From the NCBI GenBank assembly GCA_002269645.1, contig NIVC01002455.1, forward strand, positions 183,159-239,302: a stretch of DNA of 56,144 bases. Direction: 5' to 3'. Positions 24,201 to 35,405 of the stretch are shown one piece after another. Both the position numbers and the translations under genes were made by a program. Under the pieces are notes generated by a model. It was not told the DNA's origin. It did no database searches and worked only from the letters and a program-made list of their open reading frames with translations. Origin of the DNA: Macrostomum lignano. Its lineage: Eukaryota. Position 1 is the first letter of the stretch, and every line of letters begins with the position of its first letter.

Positions 24201-27200
24201 AAATGATTTTACAGTATGTCAAAAATAATATTACAGTATGTCAAAAATGATATTACAGCATGTCAAAAATGATATTACAGTATGTCAAAAATGATATTAC
24301 AGTATGTCAAAAATGATATTACAGTATGTCAAAAATGATATTACAGTATGTCAAAAATGATATTACAGTATGTCAAAAATGATATTACAGTATGTCAAAA
24401 ATGATATTACAGTATGTCAAAAATGATATTACAGTATGTCAAAAATGATATTACAGTATGTCAAAAATGATATTACAGTATGTCAAAAATGATATTACAG
24501 TATGTCAAAAATGATATTACAGTATGTCAAAAATGATATTACAGTATGTCAAAAATGATATTACAGTATGTCAAAAATGATATTACAGTATGTCAAAAAT
24601 GATATTACAGCAAATTCAGAGCAGAAGGATCTGAACAGGCAGTAGGACACACACGTGAGCTTCTCAGAAAACCGGAATTCGCTCGTGTGTGGAGCCATGT
24701 TTTGAGTTGAATTCTTGAGATCGGCTTGCAGGCCACCACGAGTGCGCATCACTGTTCCAAGAAACGTGAATCCCTTTTCCCGGTAAAAGTGATTGGCCAG
24801 CGCTGGACTCGAGAAGAATCTGTCACATGTGATGCTGTACCAGTGTCCTCTGAATGGATCAGCCATGATCGCAAACAACTTGCCTACCACTCCACACCTC
24901 TGAGCCCTTGGCCAGCCGAGCATCGGATTCCTGTGATGCAAAAGTAGTGGACAGCAGTGCCCTTTGCCAGTGCAGATTTCCGTATTGAACACATAGCGGA
25001 TGTCCATGTCATCCTGAATCTCTGGATTTCCAGTCGATGTCAGCAGGAACAGCTTGGCACCATTGCGACCGTTGGGGGCCAAGCCCGGATCCCGCGGCAG
25101 TTTTCGAGAACTGCACCGCGGTGTTGAACTTCCTCGGGAAGGCGGGCGCGATCTGACGCCCGGTGCCATGGGCCCTGGCCCGAGCGCGCCCGAATGGAAG
25201 AAGAAGACCGGGCTTCTCCTTTAGAAAGACCGTGAAGTCACAGTCCACACCCCAGTAGACAACCAGAGTTTCGTCGAAGCAGAGGTACGGCCCGGAAAGG
25301 ACAGGATGGCGCAGCTGACTGACAAAGGTGTCCCACAGGCGTCGGATGCCGTAGAGCTTATCCGTTGTGGCAGTCCGCTGACGATGTTTGGCAGTTTCGA
25401 ATTTAACATGGTGCAAAAGCATTGTATAATACGCGGAAATGCCTGTTTGGTGTCTTGATAGAAAAATCACGATGTTGGCGGTGTCAGCTCGTCGGGGCCG
25501 CAAGGTGCACTCGGAAGGTCCCGAAGGTCGTCCAGACAGAGCTGAATGCTGAACATGGTGCAGGATCATTGTATAATACGCAGACATGCCTGGTTTGGTG
25601 CCTTGAAAGAGGGATCGCGATGTTGGGGGTGCCGGCTTGTCGGGGCCGCGTGGTGGCACTCCGTTGAAGGTCCAGAAGGTCGCCTGTATGTCTACATGTC
25701 AGCCTAGAGGGTCGCCGTCGTCCATTTCATTCACCGATTGTGTCTACTGACTGAATGCTGCCTGCAGAAGAGGATTCTTCCATTTCAGTTTTTGGGAACG
25801 CAGCTGTCTCTGAGATGCCGATCGGGTGCTTTTGTTGAAGGTCTCGACGGTCGCCGCCGATGCTCCAGACGGTGATGAAGGGGACCCTGGTGCCTGGGAT
25901 GCTGGGAACAGGGGCTTCTACGACAGATGGACTCAGATTATTGAGCCAATATGGATTCATCATAAGGGTTTATACAGTGTAGTGTTGGTTGTCCTTGCCG
26001 CCAGTGTCTTCGACAGGAATCGTTGAATATCTCGACGATGCTGACGTCGGATGACTTTGAAAGTTAGTTCGTCGGAAATGGCGAAAAATTTTGATCCATA
26101 TGTTGGACTTTTACGAAAATCGGAAATTCGGTTTGCGAGCTATCGTGAAATGGGTCGTGTGTATTTGTAATACACCCCCGTGGTCTTTCCCCATGGGGAA
26201 AAATAGCCTGGTCTTTCTACTGTTAAATGGCTGAGGGCACTCCATCAGTAACATCATTCCACTACCAGCGCTAAAGCAACTATGCTCATTCCATTGACTC
26301 TTGAGCGAGGATATGCAAGAGTGTTGATACTGTGCGCAGAGCCCTGACTTTCGGAACGTTTACTGCTGAGCACAGACATTGGGAGTTGCTTTCATAGCTG
26401 CATTGGGCACCGTCTGGAAAAGAACGCCCCATTTTGCCTGCCCCTAGCGGTTGTCACTGGGGTTTCTCAATGAGATTTCATGTAGTGCCATAGCTGAAAT
26501 GGTTGTCCTGCTTTATTTCTTGCTAGATTACCTGGAACGCGACTCCGACGGAGATGGGATCCCCGACCATCTTGAGGACTCGGATGGCGACGGCATTCCC
26601 GACCATTTGGACAAAGACTCCGACGGAGATGGAATCCCCGACCATCTTGAGGACTCGGATGGCGACGGCATTCCCGATCATTTGGACAAAGACTCCGACG
26701 GAGATGGAATACCTGATCATCAGGAAGACGAAGATGGAGATGGCATTCCAGGTAGATTGAAGTCTGGGCAATTCAAAAAAGTTCAATTGAAAAGAGCAGA
26801 CTGTAACACGAGCTAGCACCGTATCACCAACCGGCTACCAGACCACCTCGAGGGCGACTCTGACGGGGACGGGATTCCCGACTACCTTGAAGACGATGAT
26901 GGCGATGGCATCCCGAGTGAGTCGGGCGCCGTTTGTTGGAATGGGAGAAAATGAACTCACCTTGACATGGGACCACAAAAGGTTAAACCTTACCTTGCGA
27001 CCCCGAGCCATGACTTTCACATGACCTTCGCTTGTACAACGGCTGCACGACTCATTTCGAAATCAAATTTTCTCATTTTCATGACTGGATTGGAAATTAT
27101 CGGCAAAAGCGTCTCTGCGGATTGCATGCTAATCGATTGATTAAGTTGCGACTAACTGAAATCGTATGACTTGCAGTGCTGTTTTCTGAGCATTCAACAG

Positions 27201-30200
27201 TATCTAGGCGTACTTTGCTCTTCTTTTGCATCCTCCAGGTGATCAACTTCGGTGAGCCAAATGTTTCGGCAGTTTAGATATCTACTAAAGCATCCGCTAA
27301 CCTCGAATTCCTTTCACAATGCAACGCAGCACTGCACGACGATGCTAATTCCAGATTATCTTGAGGGCGACTCGGACGGTGACGGAATTCTCGACTATCT
27401 GGAAGATAAGGACGGAGACGGCATCCCAGGTAGGCACTGGTCTGGTCCGATTATCTATTCCGAGGGTTGATCAAAAAGTTCTGCAACCTTTTGTTATAGC
27501 TTTTAGTTATAGAATCGGCAAAAGCCAAAAACTTACACATATGCGGCTATATCTCTTTGCTATATTTATATGCATTTTTGGCTTTCAAATGTGCTCCAGT
27601 CAAATTTCACAGCTGTATATTTTCCATGTGTTTTCAGTAGCTGATGGAAACATCAATAGACAGTGTTCGCTTCTATATCTTTATGCGCATGCAACTTGGT
27701 TGCAAAGTGACTGAGATTCATACCGATCTGGTGAATGTTTTAGCTGACTCTGCTCCATCATTTGACACGGTTGCCCGCTGGCTGCGCCATTTCTTGGAAC
27801 GCCGGGACAGCTTCAACGATGAACCGAGGTCTGGCCGACCCCGGACATCCGTGACCGAAGATGTCGTGGCCCATGCCGATGCAATATTTCGTGAGGATTG
27901 GAGCATTATGCTGAGATTCCTTGCCTATGAGCTTGGTGGGTACCCCATCTTCTCACTCCGGAGCAGCAAGCAGAGAGGGTGGACATCTGTCGCTTGTGGG
28001 TGCAAATGTTTGAGACCAACGGCCCACGACGACTGTCGGATGTCATCACAGGAGACGAATGTTGGATCTCCTTCTTTTACCATGAAGGATAAGCAGTCCA
28101 ACATGGTCTGGCTGGCAGAAGATGAGCCCGAGGCCCAAGTTGCTGCAGACCGGATTCCGCAGTCGGAAGCGGATATTCACCATTTTTTCAACTCTCAGGG
28201 TTTTGTATCGGTAAAAATCCTTCCAACGGGTGCCACAGTGACTGCCAGGTACTACACAGACATTGTTCTGCCAGGCGTGCTGCAGGAGCGGCATGGACCT
28301 CGACTCCTGCTGCACCATGACAATGCGGCACCCGAACAGAGCGGCCTCAACCATGGCGTACCTGGAGCAGCAGGGGGTCCGGCTGCTGCCCCATCTGTTG
28401 TGAGTGCGCGACCATACGTACTTAACTCTATGTTCAGTGTGGGGCACGTTGGTTTGCGAAACGCGTTACGCAATAATCTAACATCCAATTTTTCCCACAG
28501 CGTGCATGTTAATATATAAATACAGGCCGTGGTCCGGCGAGACTCACTAAGTTTTTTCTAGGAACCAAACCTACGCGTTCAATACATAACATTGGCGACG
28601 AAGATGGCAGACTTCAGTCTCAACCCACCAACGCCGTACCTGGCTAGCCCGGGCGAGCCAAGCTGCCCGTGGCCAAGGTGGAAAAGTCAGTTCGCGATCT
28701 ATTCAACGGCAACGGAACTGGACAAAACGTCGGAGGCGAGACAAATGGCCGTCCTTCGACACTGCCTCGGGCCGGAAGGCCAACGGCAGGCGGAAAGCGT
28801 GGAGGCGAACGACATGAAGAAGCTGATCGAAGAACTGGACAAAATTTTCGTGCCGAACAAGAGCGTCATCGGAGCTCGCTACAGGTTTCGGTGCAGGGAG
28901 TAGCGACCAGGGGAGCCGGTGCAGCAGTTTGTCAGAGATCTCCAGCAGCTCGCGGCCGATTGCGCGTTCAAGGACCTGACAAAGGAGATGGTCCGCGATC
29001 AGCTTATCGAAAAAACGTGCATGCCACGTATCCGTGAGAGGCTGCTGATGGAACAAGACGACCTGACACCGGAGAAGTCCCTGCAGCTCGCCAACCAAAT
29101 TGAGACAGCCATCAACGAAGCCCAGGTCCTCAACGGCACATCAGGGGCAGAAAGTCAGAAAGTCAGAACCAAGCCCAAAACGCGCAAGGACAGCGAGAAG
29201 TGCAGGCGATGCGGCGGCGACTACAGCAAGGAGCACAAGTGCCCAGCAATGGGGAAAATGTGCAACAACTGCAATAAGCCGAACCACTTTGCCGCTGTAT
29301 GCCGAAGCAAGACTGTGGCGACAGTCAGCGAGGAGGTTAGCACCATCCTGCAAGTCTCGAACCAGGATCCGACTGCCGCCCACACCATCGAATGCGCGGT
29401 CCGCGACGAGCTGCTGACGTTGACGCTGGACAGCGGTGCCTCCGTGTCGGTGATCAGCGCGTCCGAATTCCAGAAAGTTCGACGACACGCAACCAAGGGA
29501 AGCGGACCACCAGCACGGCACGTGGCCTACGGAGGCTCGCACATCCGGACCTATGGGACAGCAACGCTCCCGGTCATGTACAAGGACAAGACGGCCTCAG
29601 TCTGTTTCCAGATCACAGAGGGCAGCTCAAGCCTTCTTGGGCGCTCCGACTTCTCGAAGTTTGGTGTGTCTCTTCAAATTAACCATCTCGGTGACGAGGG
29701 CTCACAACTCCAGGACAACTCCAAGGACTTCTTCGAGCCGATCAGGCAACAGCCGAGCACGCCAGCAGGAGCCTGGCAGGAGCTGCAGCTCGACATCTGT
29801 GGAGAGTTCAGAGCGGCGCCGCGTCACCAGCGATCGCGGACCGCGGTCATCCAAGACGGCTCCTGGGTGTACATCTCCAAGCCGGTGGCACCTGGCAAGC
29901 TGGAGCCGAAGCTCGCCGGGCCGTTCCAGGTTCGCAAGCGATTCAAGACAACCGTGCTGCTCGAAAACGGCAAGCGGTGGCACCTGCGGCACTGCGTGCC
30001 AGCCGGACCTGGCAAAGGAAGCGACGATGACGGCGACGCGCAACTCGACGAAGGTGGCGGCGGCCCGGAGTTGGATCCGCCAGGACCGCCTGATGATCTC
30101 GCTGGGGACCCGCCAGCACCTCCGCCGGTACTGAGAAGGTCAGAGCGCGAGCGTCGCCCGCCAATGCGCTATCCGAACTGAACCGTGTATGATGCACTGA

Positions 30201-33200
30201 ACTGAGATGCGATTACTTAGGGGAATCTCATGTGGGGAGGATGTTGTGGGTGCGCGACCATACGTCGGTGTGCGGCCCGTCGGGCACCTTGATTTGCGAA
30301 ACGCGTTACGCAATAATCTAACACCCAATTTTTCTCACAGCGTGCATGTTAATATATAAATACAGGCCGTGGTCCGGCGAGACTCACTAAGTTTTTTCTA
30401 GGAACCAAACCTACGCGTTCAATACACAACAGACCCTACTCTCCAGACCTAGCACCATGCGCCTTTTGGCTGTTCCCGAGGATCAAATCCGTCATTTCTG
30501 GGAGGCCGTTTTTACACATAAAAGACCTTGCCCAAGCGATACATTCAGCTCTACAGGGTATACCAACTCTGGAGTACCATGACTGCTTTCAGACATGGTG
30601 CATACGCATTGCGATGGTGCATAGATAGTGGTGGAAAGTACTTTGAGGGAATGTGACGCTGATTAGACGCCGTGGCTGCTGTAACACTGAGTTGTGAGGT
30701 CCCTTGCAGAACTTTTTGATCACCCCTCGTCTATGCAATTTCGAGCACGATATTGATATTAATATCCATCATAGACTATCTGGAGCTCGATCTGGACGGA
30801 GATGGGCAGCCCGATTACCTGAAAGACTCAGACGGCGACGGAATTCCAGGTAGGAACTTTTTGTTCAACGTCATTTAACTGATTGGTCCCTTGAAACCGG
30901 GAGGAACTTTTAAAGATACTCATACTCATATTCCCTATTTTTTTACTGATGCGCGTTGAATAACTTGATTTTCAGACCACAAGGACAAAGACTCTGGTAA
31001 TTTCTCCTGTCTCTTAGTATCTTAAAGCACGCTTAACTAAATAGCTTAAAGCACCAATACCACACTGATTACAGTACGACATAAATTTGTTTGAAGCGAG
31101 AAAGTTGGTTAGCTTACGGAATTAGGAGTCATATTTTACTTATGAGCTATTTATTACATTTATTGCCGCATGCGTGGCAACACACTGCTTTTGGTGACGG
31201 AGTTCCGACATGAATTCGAGTTTTCTATACATATCGTGCTATTGGTGACGGTTGCCTTTCCGTGAATGCAAAACAGTCCATATTTTTTATTTAAGAGGAG
31301 ATGAAAAAATCATGCCTAAAATTATTTTTTGCGCAACCCCGCTAGACTATAAACAAAAGCCAGCCGCGGGAGCGAAGCCAAAGAACGCGGCAAAGAAGCC
31401 TGCAAAGCAGCCTAGCAAGAAGGCCTTGGCTGACAGCGACAGCGATGGCATTGCCGACTACCTCGATCGCGACGCCGATGGAAACGGTGTTCCAGACGCT
31501 GCGGAAGACAACAATGAAGACGGCATGTCCGACCTTCTGCAATCAAAGGACAGTGACGGTGATGGCATCCCGGATGCTCAGGACGATGACGATGACAATG
31601 ATGGCGTCGCAGATTCCAAGGACAAGGATGACGACGGTGACAAGATTACCGATAAGACCGAGGATGAGGATCGGGATGGCGTCCCGGACTATTTGCAGCA
31701 GGAAGACACCGACGGCGACGGAGTGATCGATGTCCTTGACACTGACGACGACAATGACGGCGTGCCAGACTACTTGGACCCCGATGATGACAACGATGGA
31801 ATTCTCGACCAGTTCGAGGACGAAAATAAGAACGGCCGAGTGGACATCCTGGAGGCCAAAGACTCCGACGGTGATGGAAAGCAGGATTTTGTCAACGACG
31901 ACGACGATGACAACGACGGCGTACCAGACGCAGCCGACACGGATGACGATGGAGACAAGATCGAGGACAGGTTTGAGGACGAGAACAGAAACGGCGTGCC
32001 AGACCAGTTGGAGAGAGAGGACACCGATGGGGACGGCATCATCGACTTGCTGGACACCGACGATGACAACGACGGCATTCCAGACTACCTGGGTGAGGCT
32101 AGCGCGACCTGCTGCACCGAGTTTATTTCCGAGTGGCTGGCTGTCAATCGGCTTTTTCCTCAGCTTATTTTTGTAGCGCAGCCTTTTCTAGATGCATTTT
32201 TAGGAGAATAAGCGCAAAGCTTGAAGGATCTCCACTTACTTTGCCTTATATGTAGTTGCTTTTGACATATGAACGTACATCCGGCATTCAACCGCAAACT
32301 CCATGCACGAGAATATCTGAGTTATTTTTTGCAAGCTGACTTTCCTTTCCTAGAAAGAGTTTTGAAGTGGCGGCATTGTTAAACTTGGAGAGGCAAAATA
32401 GCACCGCTCCACTTTGAATTCCACAGACCCCGACGACGACAACGATGGCATTCTGGATCAGTTTGAGGACGAGAACGCCAACCGCATTATCGACCTGCTA
32501 GAGGCTCGCGACACCGACGGCGACGGTGTTCCCGATATTGAGGATGACGACGACGATGGCGACGGTGTCAGCGACGAAGACGACACGGACGATGACAATG
32601 ACGGTTTGTTCGGGTCTCTAGGCAGGTGGTTGGTTTGAAGAATTTGAAAGAGAACAACTTTAAAAATCTTCTGTGATTCTGTTCAGGATTTCTCTTCCAA
32701 TGCTGTCTGGGGCAGAGCAGGTCACCGAAAACGCGTCTGTTTCTTGCATCACGACCTCTGGTTTAATTCTGTGCGCGACCAAATTCATTTGGCACAAAAA
32801 TGCCGGGGTTGTCGTGCGATACACAACCAAGAGGTCCAATTATTATTATATTACTGCGCACAGTATTGACGCGCTTGAATGTGCTCAGAAGTCAGTGGAA
32901 TAGGCAGAATTGCCTCGGCGCTGGTTGTAGGACGATGTCGTAAAAGGCATTGCTCCAGGGTTCCTGCACCCATCCTACGAAAATTTATTTATATTTCTTC
33001 TCGTTCTTAGGCATCCCGGACGAGTTTGAGGACGAGAACCGTAACCAGGTTCCTGACTACCTCGAGATGGAAGACACGGACAAGGACGGAATCATCGACC
33101 TTGTTGACACGGACGATGACAACGATGGCATCCCAGACCAGGACGACGATGACTCCGACGGCGATGGAATACCCAACGACGAGGAGGACGAGAACACGAA

Positions 33201-33606
33201 CGGAATTCCAGACAACCAGGAGCTCGTTGACTCCGACGGTGACGGTGTGCCAGACGTTATCGACCAGGACGACGACGGTGACGGAGTGCCAGACAGTGTC
33301 GACGGCGACTCGCCCGCTGCCGGAGAGCACAAATGCCGCAGTAAAGAAGACTGCGCCGCCAAAAAGCAGAAACAGAAGCAGAAGAAGCAGGTAATTCAAA
33401 CATTTTAGTGTGTTATTGTTTATCCAGGTACTTCTTGCGACAAAAGATTAAAGGTAAATCGTTAAAATTGTTTGCAGACCGCCAAAAAGACTGGCGGAGG
33501 TGGAGGCGGCGGCGGCGGTGGTGGTGGAAGCAGAGAGAAAGTTCGCCAGGTGCTCGACTGGATCGAGGACTTCTTCGGCGTTGACGATCAGCAGCATCAT
33601 CACTGA
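15233..33606 (+). CDS. Secreted Asp-rich calcium-binding repeat protein (thrombospondin type-3-like DxDxDG repeats), 18 exons, about 1767 aa
   Basis: Exons 15233-15296, 15386-15463, 15651-15821, 16265-16831, 16972-17385, 18086-18535, 20894-21076, 21314-22711, 23086-23160, 26527-26751, 26842-26916, 27355-27429, 30775-30849, 30976-30996, 31346-32092, 32427-32603, 33011-33390, 33478-33606. All GT-AG; 5304 nt joining into one stop-free frame. Signal peptide [32 protein letters not shown]. The exon 2 donor (15464 vs 15460) is the least certain junction. Confidence 0.85.
23436..26222 (-). mobile_element. piggyBac-derived non-autonomous element with long inverted arms and a truncated, frameshifted transposase
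   Basis: Terminal inverted repeat CAGTAGAAAGACCA at both ends; right flank TTAA (26223-26226), left flank TAAA. Transposase motifs [22 protein letters not shown] and [20 protein letters not shown] on the - strand at about 24610-25400. Confidence 0.85.
24097..24610. repeat. 22-bp minisatellite (TATTACAGTATGTCAAAAATGA), about 23 near-identical copies, inside the piggyBac element
   Basis: Read directly. Confidence 0.95.
28593..28607 (+). promoter_or_regulatory. Primer-binding site, probably tRNA-Ser(GCU)
   Basis: TGGCGACGAAGATGG is one mismatch from the complement of the metazoan tRNA-Ser(GCT) 3' end (..CCATCCTCGTCGCCA). Confidence 0.65.
28604..30181 (+). pseudogene. gag-protease-integrase-fragment ORF of the LTR element, with one in-frame TAG at 28901
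   Basis: Double Cys/His knuckle [24 protein letters not shown], protease LDSGASVS, integrase fragments [12 protein letters not shown] and KLAGPF. Confidence 0.85.
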
Positions 33607-34349
33607 GTCTTCATTGCCATCGCCAGCATCTCATTTACATCTTTGAGTGAATATTAGTTCTGCTTTACGAGCCTAAAATTAGAATGAAGAATGAACAGTC
33701 GCTAGGATATTTTATGTATCTCGAATTCACAAAAAACTCAACAATACGCTTCACAGTACTTCCCTCACTACCTATATTTTCTTTATAGCAGGCTTATCAA
33801 TTGGAACAAATGTTATTCATGTTGTCTGCTCTGAACTGAATGCTAATAGCCATTTTCAGATCAAATCGAAATTTAGCACCTTGAAATTTATCATCACCAA
33901 TACATGTACATCTAAACTATAATAGCCATACTTGTACGTATAATATAAGGCAATTCAAGCGAGTCATCAGCTGCTTAGTGAGTTCCCTTTTTCTCTTTAG
34001 AATCCGTTCATAAATTCTAGGTTTAATTCCTTACTATTACCGAATCACTCACCTTTGCTCATTATTGAAAGACCTTAGGCGCGCTTTCCTATGACACTAC
34101 TGGTACAGCCGCATCAGACGCGTATTGATGTTCAGATTTTCACCAGGAAAAATTGTTTCGGTTTAGTAAAACAAATAAATAAAACTGCGTTAGCAGCGGT
34201 ATGAAACAATACAAGGACTGCTGCTAATGCCGAAGACTTCCCAGAATCCTTCCTTAACAGTTATGCTGGCTTGTTAATGTGTTGATTAATTCTTTACTTA
34301 CTTTTCAGTCTATCTTGTTCATGGAAAGTCGGTCAATAGGACTAAACTT

Positions 34350-35405
34350 GGATGATTGGATGCCTGCACTGCAGGACTGACTTGGATGCTTGGATGCTTG
34401 CACTGCAGGACTGACTTGGATGCTTGGATGCCTGCACTGCAGGACTGACTTGGATGCTTGGATGCCTGCACTGCAGGACTGACTTGGATGCTTGGATGCC
34501 TGCACTGCAGGACTGACTTGGATGCTTGGATGCCTGCAGGACTGACTTAAATGCTTGGGTGACTGCAAGACTGACTTGGATGCTTGGATGCCTGTACTGC
34601 AGGACTGACTTGAATGCTTGGATGCCTGCACTGCAGGACTGACTTGAATGCTTGAATGCCTGCACTGCAGGACTGACTTGGATGCTTGGATGCCTGCACT
34701 GCAGGACTGACTTGGATGCTTGGATGCCTGCAGGGCTGACTTGGACGCTTGGATGCCTGCAGGACTGACATAAATGCTTGGGTGACTGCAAGACTGACTT
34801 GAATGCTTGGATGCCTGCACTGCAGGACTGACTTGGATGCTTGGATGCCTGTACTGCAGGACTGACTTGAATGCTTGGATGCCTGCACTGCAGGACTGAC
34901 TTGAATGCTTGGATGCCTGCACTGCAGGACTGACTTGGATGCTTGGATGCCTGCACTGCAGGACTGACTTGGATGCTTGGATGCCTGCAGGGCTGACTTG
35001 GACGCTTGGATGCCTGCAGGACTGACATAAATGCTTGGGTGACTGCAAGACTGACTTGAATGCTTGGATGCCTGCACTGCAGGACTGACTTGGATGCTTG
35101 GATGCCTGCACTGCAGGACTGACTTGGATGCTTGGATGCCTGCAGGGCTGTCTTGGACGCTTGGATGCCTGCAGGACTGACATAAATGCTTGGGTGACTG
35201 CAAGACTGACTTGAATGCTTGGATGCCTGCACTGCAGGACTGACTTGGATGCTTGGATGCCTGCACTGCAGGACTGACTTGGATGCTTGGATGCCTGCAG
35301 GGCTGTCTTGGACGCTTGGATGCCTGCAGGACTGACATAAATGCTTGGGTGACTGCAAGACTGACTTGAATGCTTGGATGCCTGCACTGCAGGACTGACT
35401 TGGAG
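34350..35405. repeat. 34/29-bp minisatellite with a 155-bp higher-order repeat
   Basis: Unit CCTGCACTGCAGGACTGACTTGGATGCTTGGATG; the marker CATAAATG recurs at 34769, 35026, 35181, 35336. Confidence 0.95.

Larger units (their letters stand above)
28396..30431 (+). mobile_element. Ty3/Gypsy (Mag-like) LTR retrotransposon, internally deleted (no RT/RNase H)
   Basis: LTRs 28396-28591 and 30242-30431 (TGTTGTG...CA(C/T)AACA), PBS 28593-28607, purine tract GGGGAGGA before the 3' LTR. Confidence 0.9.
27461..30729 (+). mobile_element. mariner (Tc1/mariner) element, degenerate, interrupted by an LTR retrotransposon
   Basis: 26-bp TIRs CGAGGG(T/G)TGATCAAAAAGTTCTGCAA (27461-27486, 30704-30729). HTH region ..DEPRSGRP.., TGDECW, HHDNA; after the insertion [11 protein letters not shown] (third catalytic Asp changed to Ala) and ..GKYFEGM. 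Confidence 0.9.

Noticed and set aside
28901-28903. Programmed readthrough of the gag TAG
   Set aside because: It falls mid-capsid in the conserved RxQxxGE motif (CAG to TAG), so it is best read as a nonsense mutation.
16265-33390. Recent horizontal transfer of bacterial TSP3-repeat sequence
   Set aside because: 18 spliceosomal exons, host-like codon usage and a eukaryotic signal peptide; an ancient origin cannot be judged here.
33428-33453. Possible 26-nt microexon (CAG..GTAAAT) in the last intron of the acidic gene
   Set aside because: Flanking introns would be only 37 and 24 nt, and it contains an in-frame TAA.
33478-33606. ER-retention signal making the acidic protein a calsequestrin/calreticulin analogue
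   Set aside because: The C-terminus is QQHHH, not KDEL/HDEL; luminal storage is not excluded but is unsupported.
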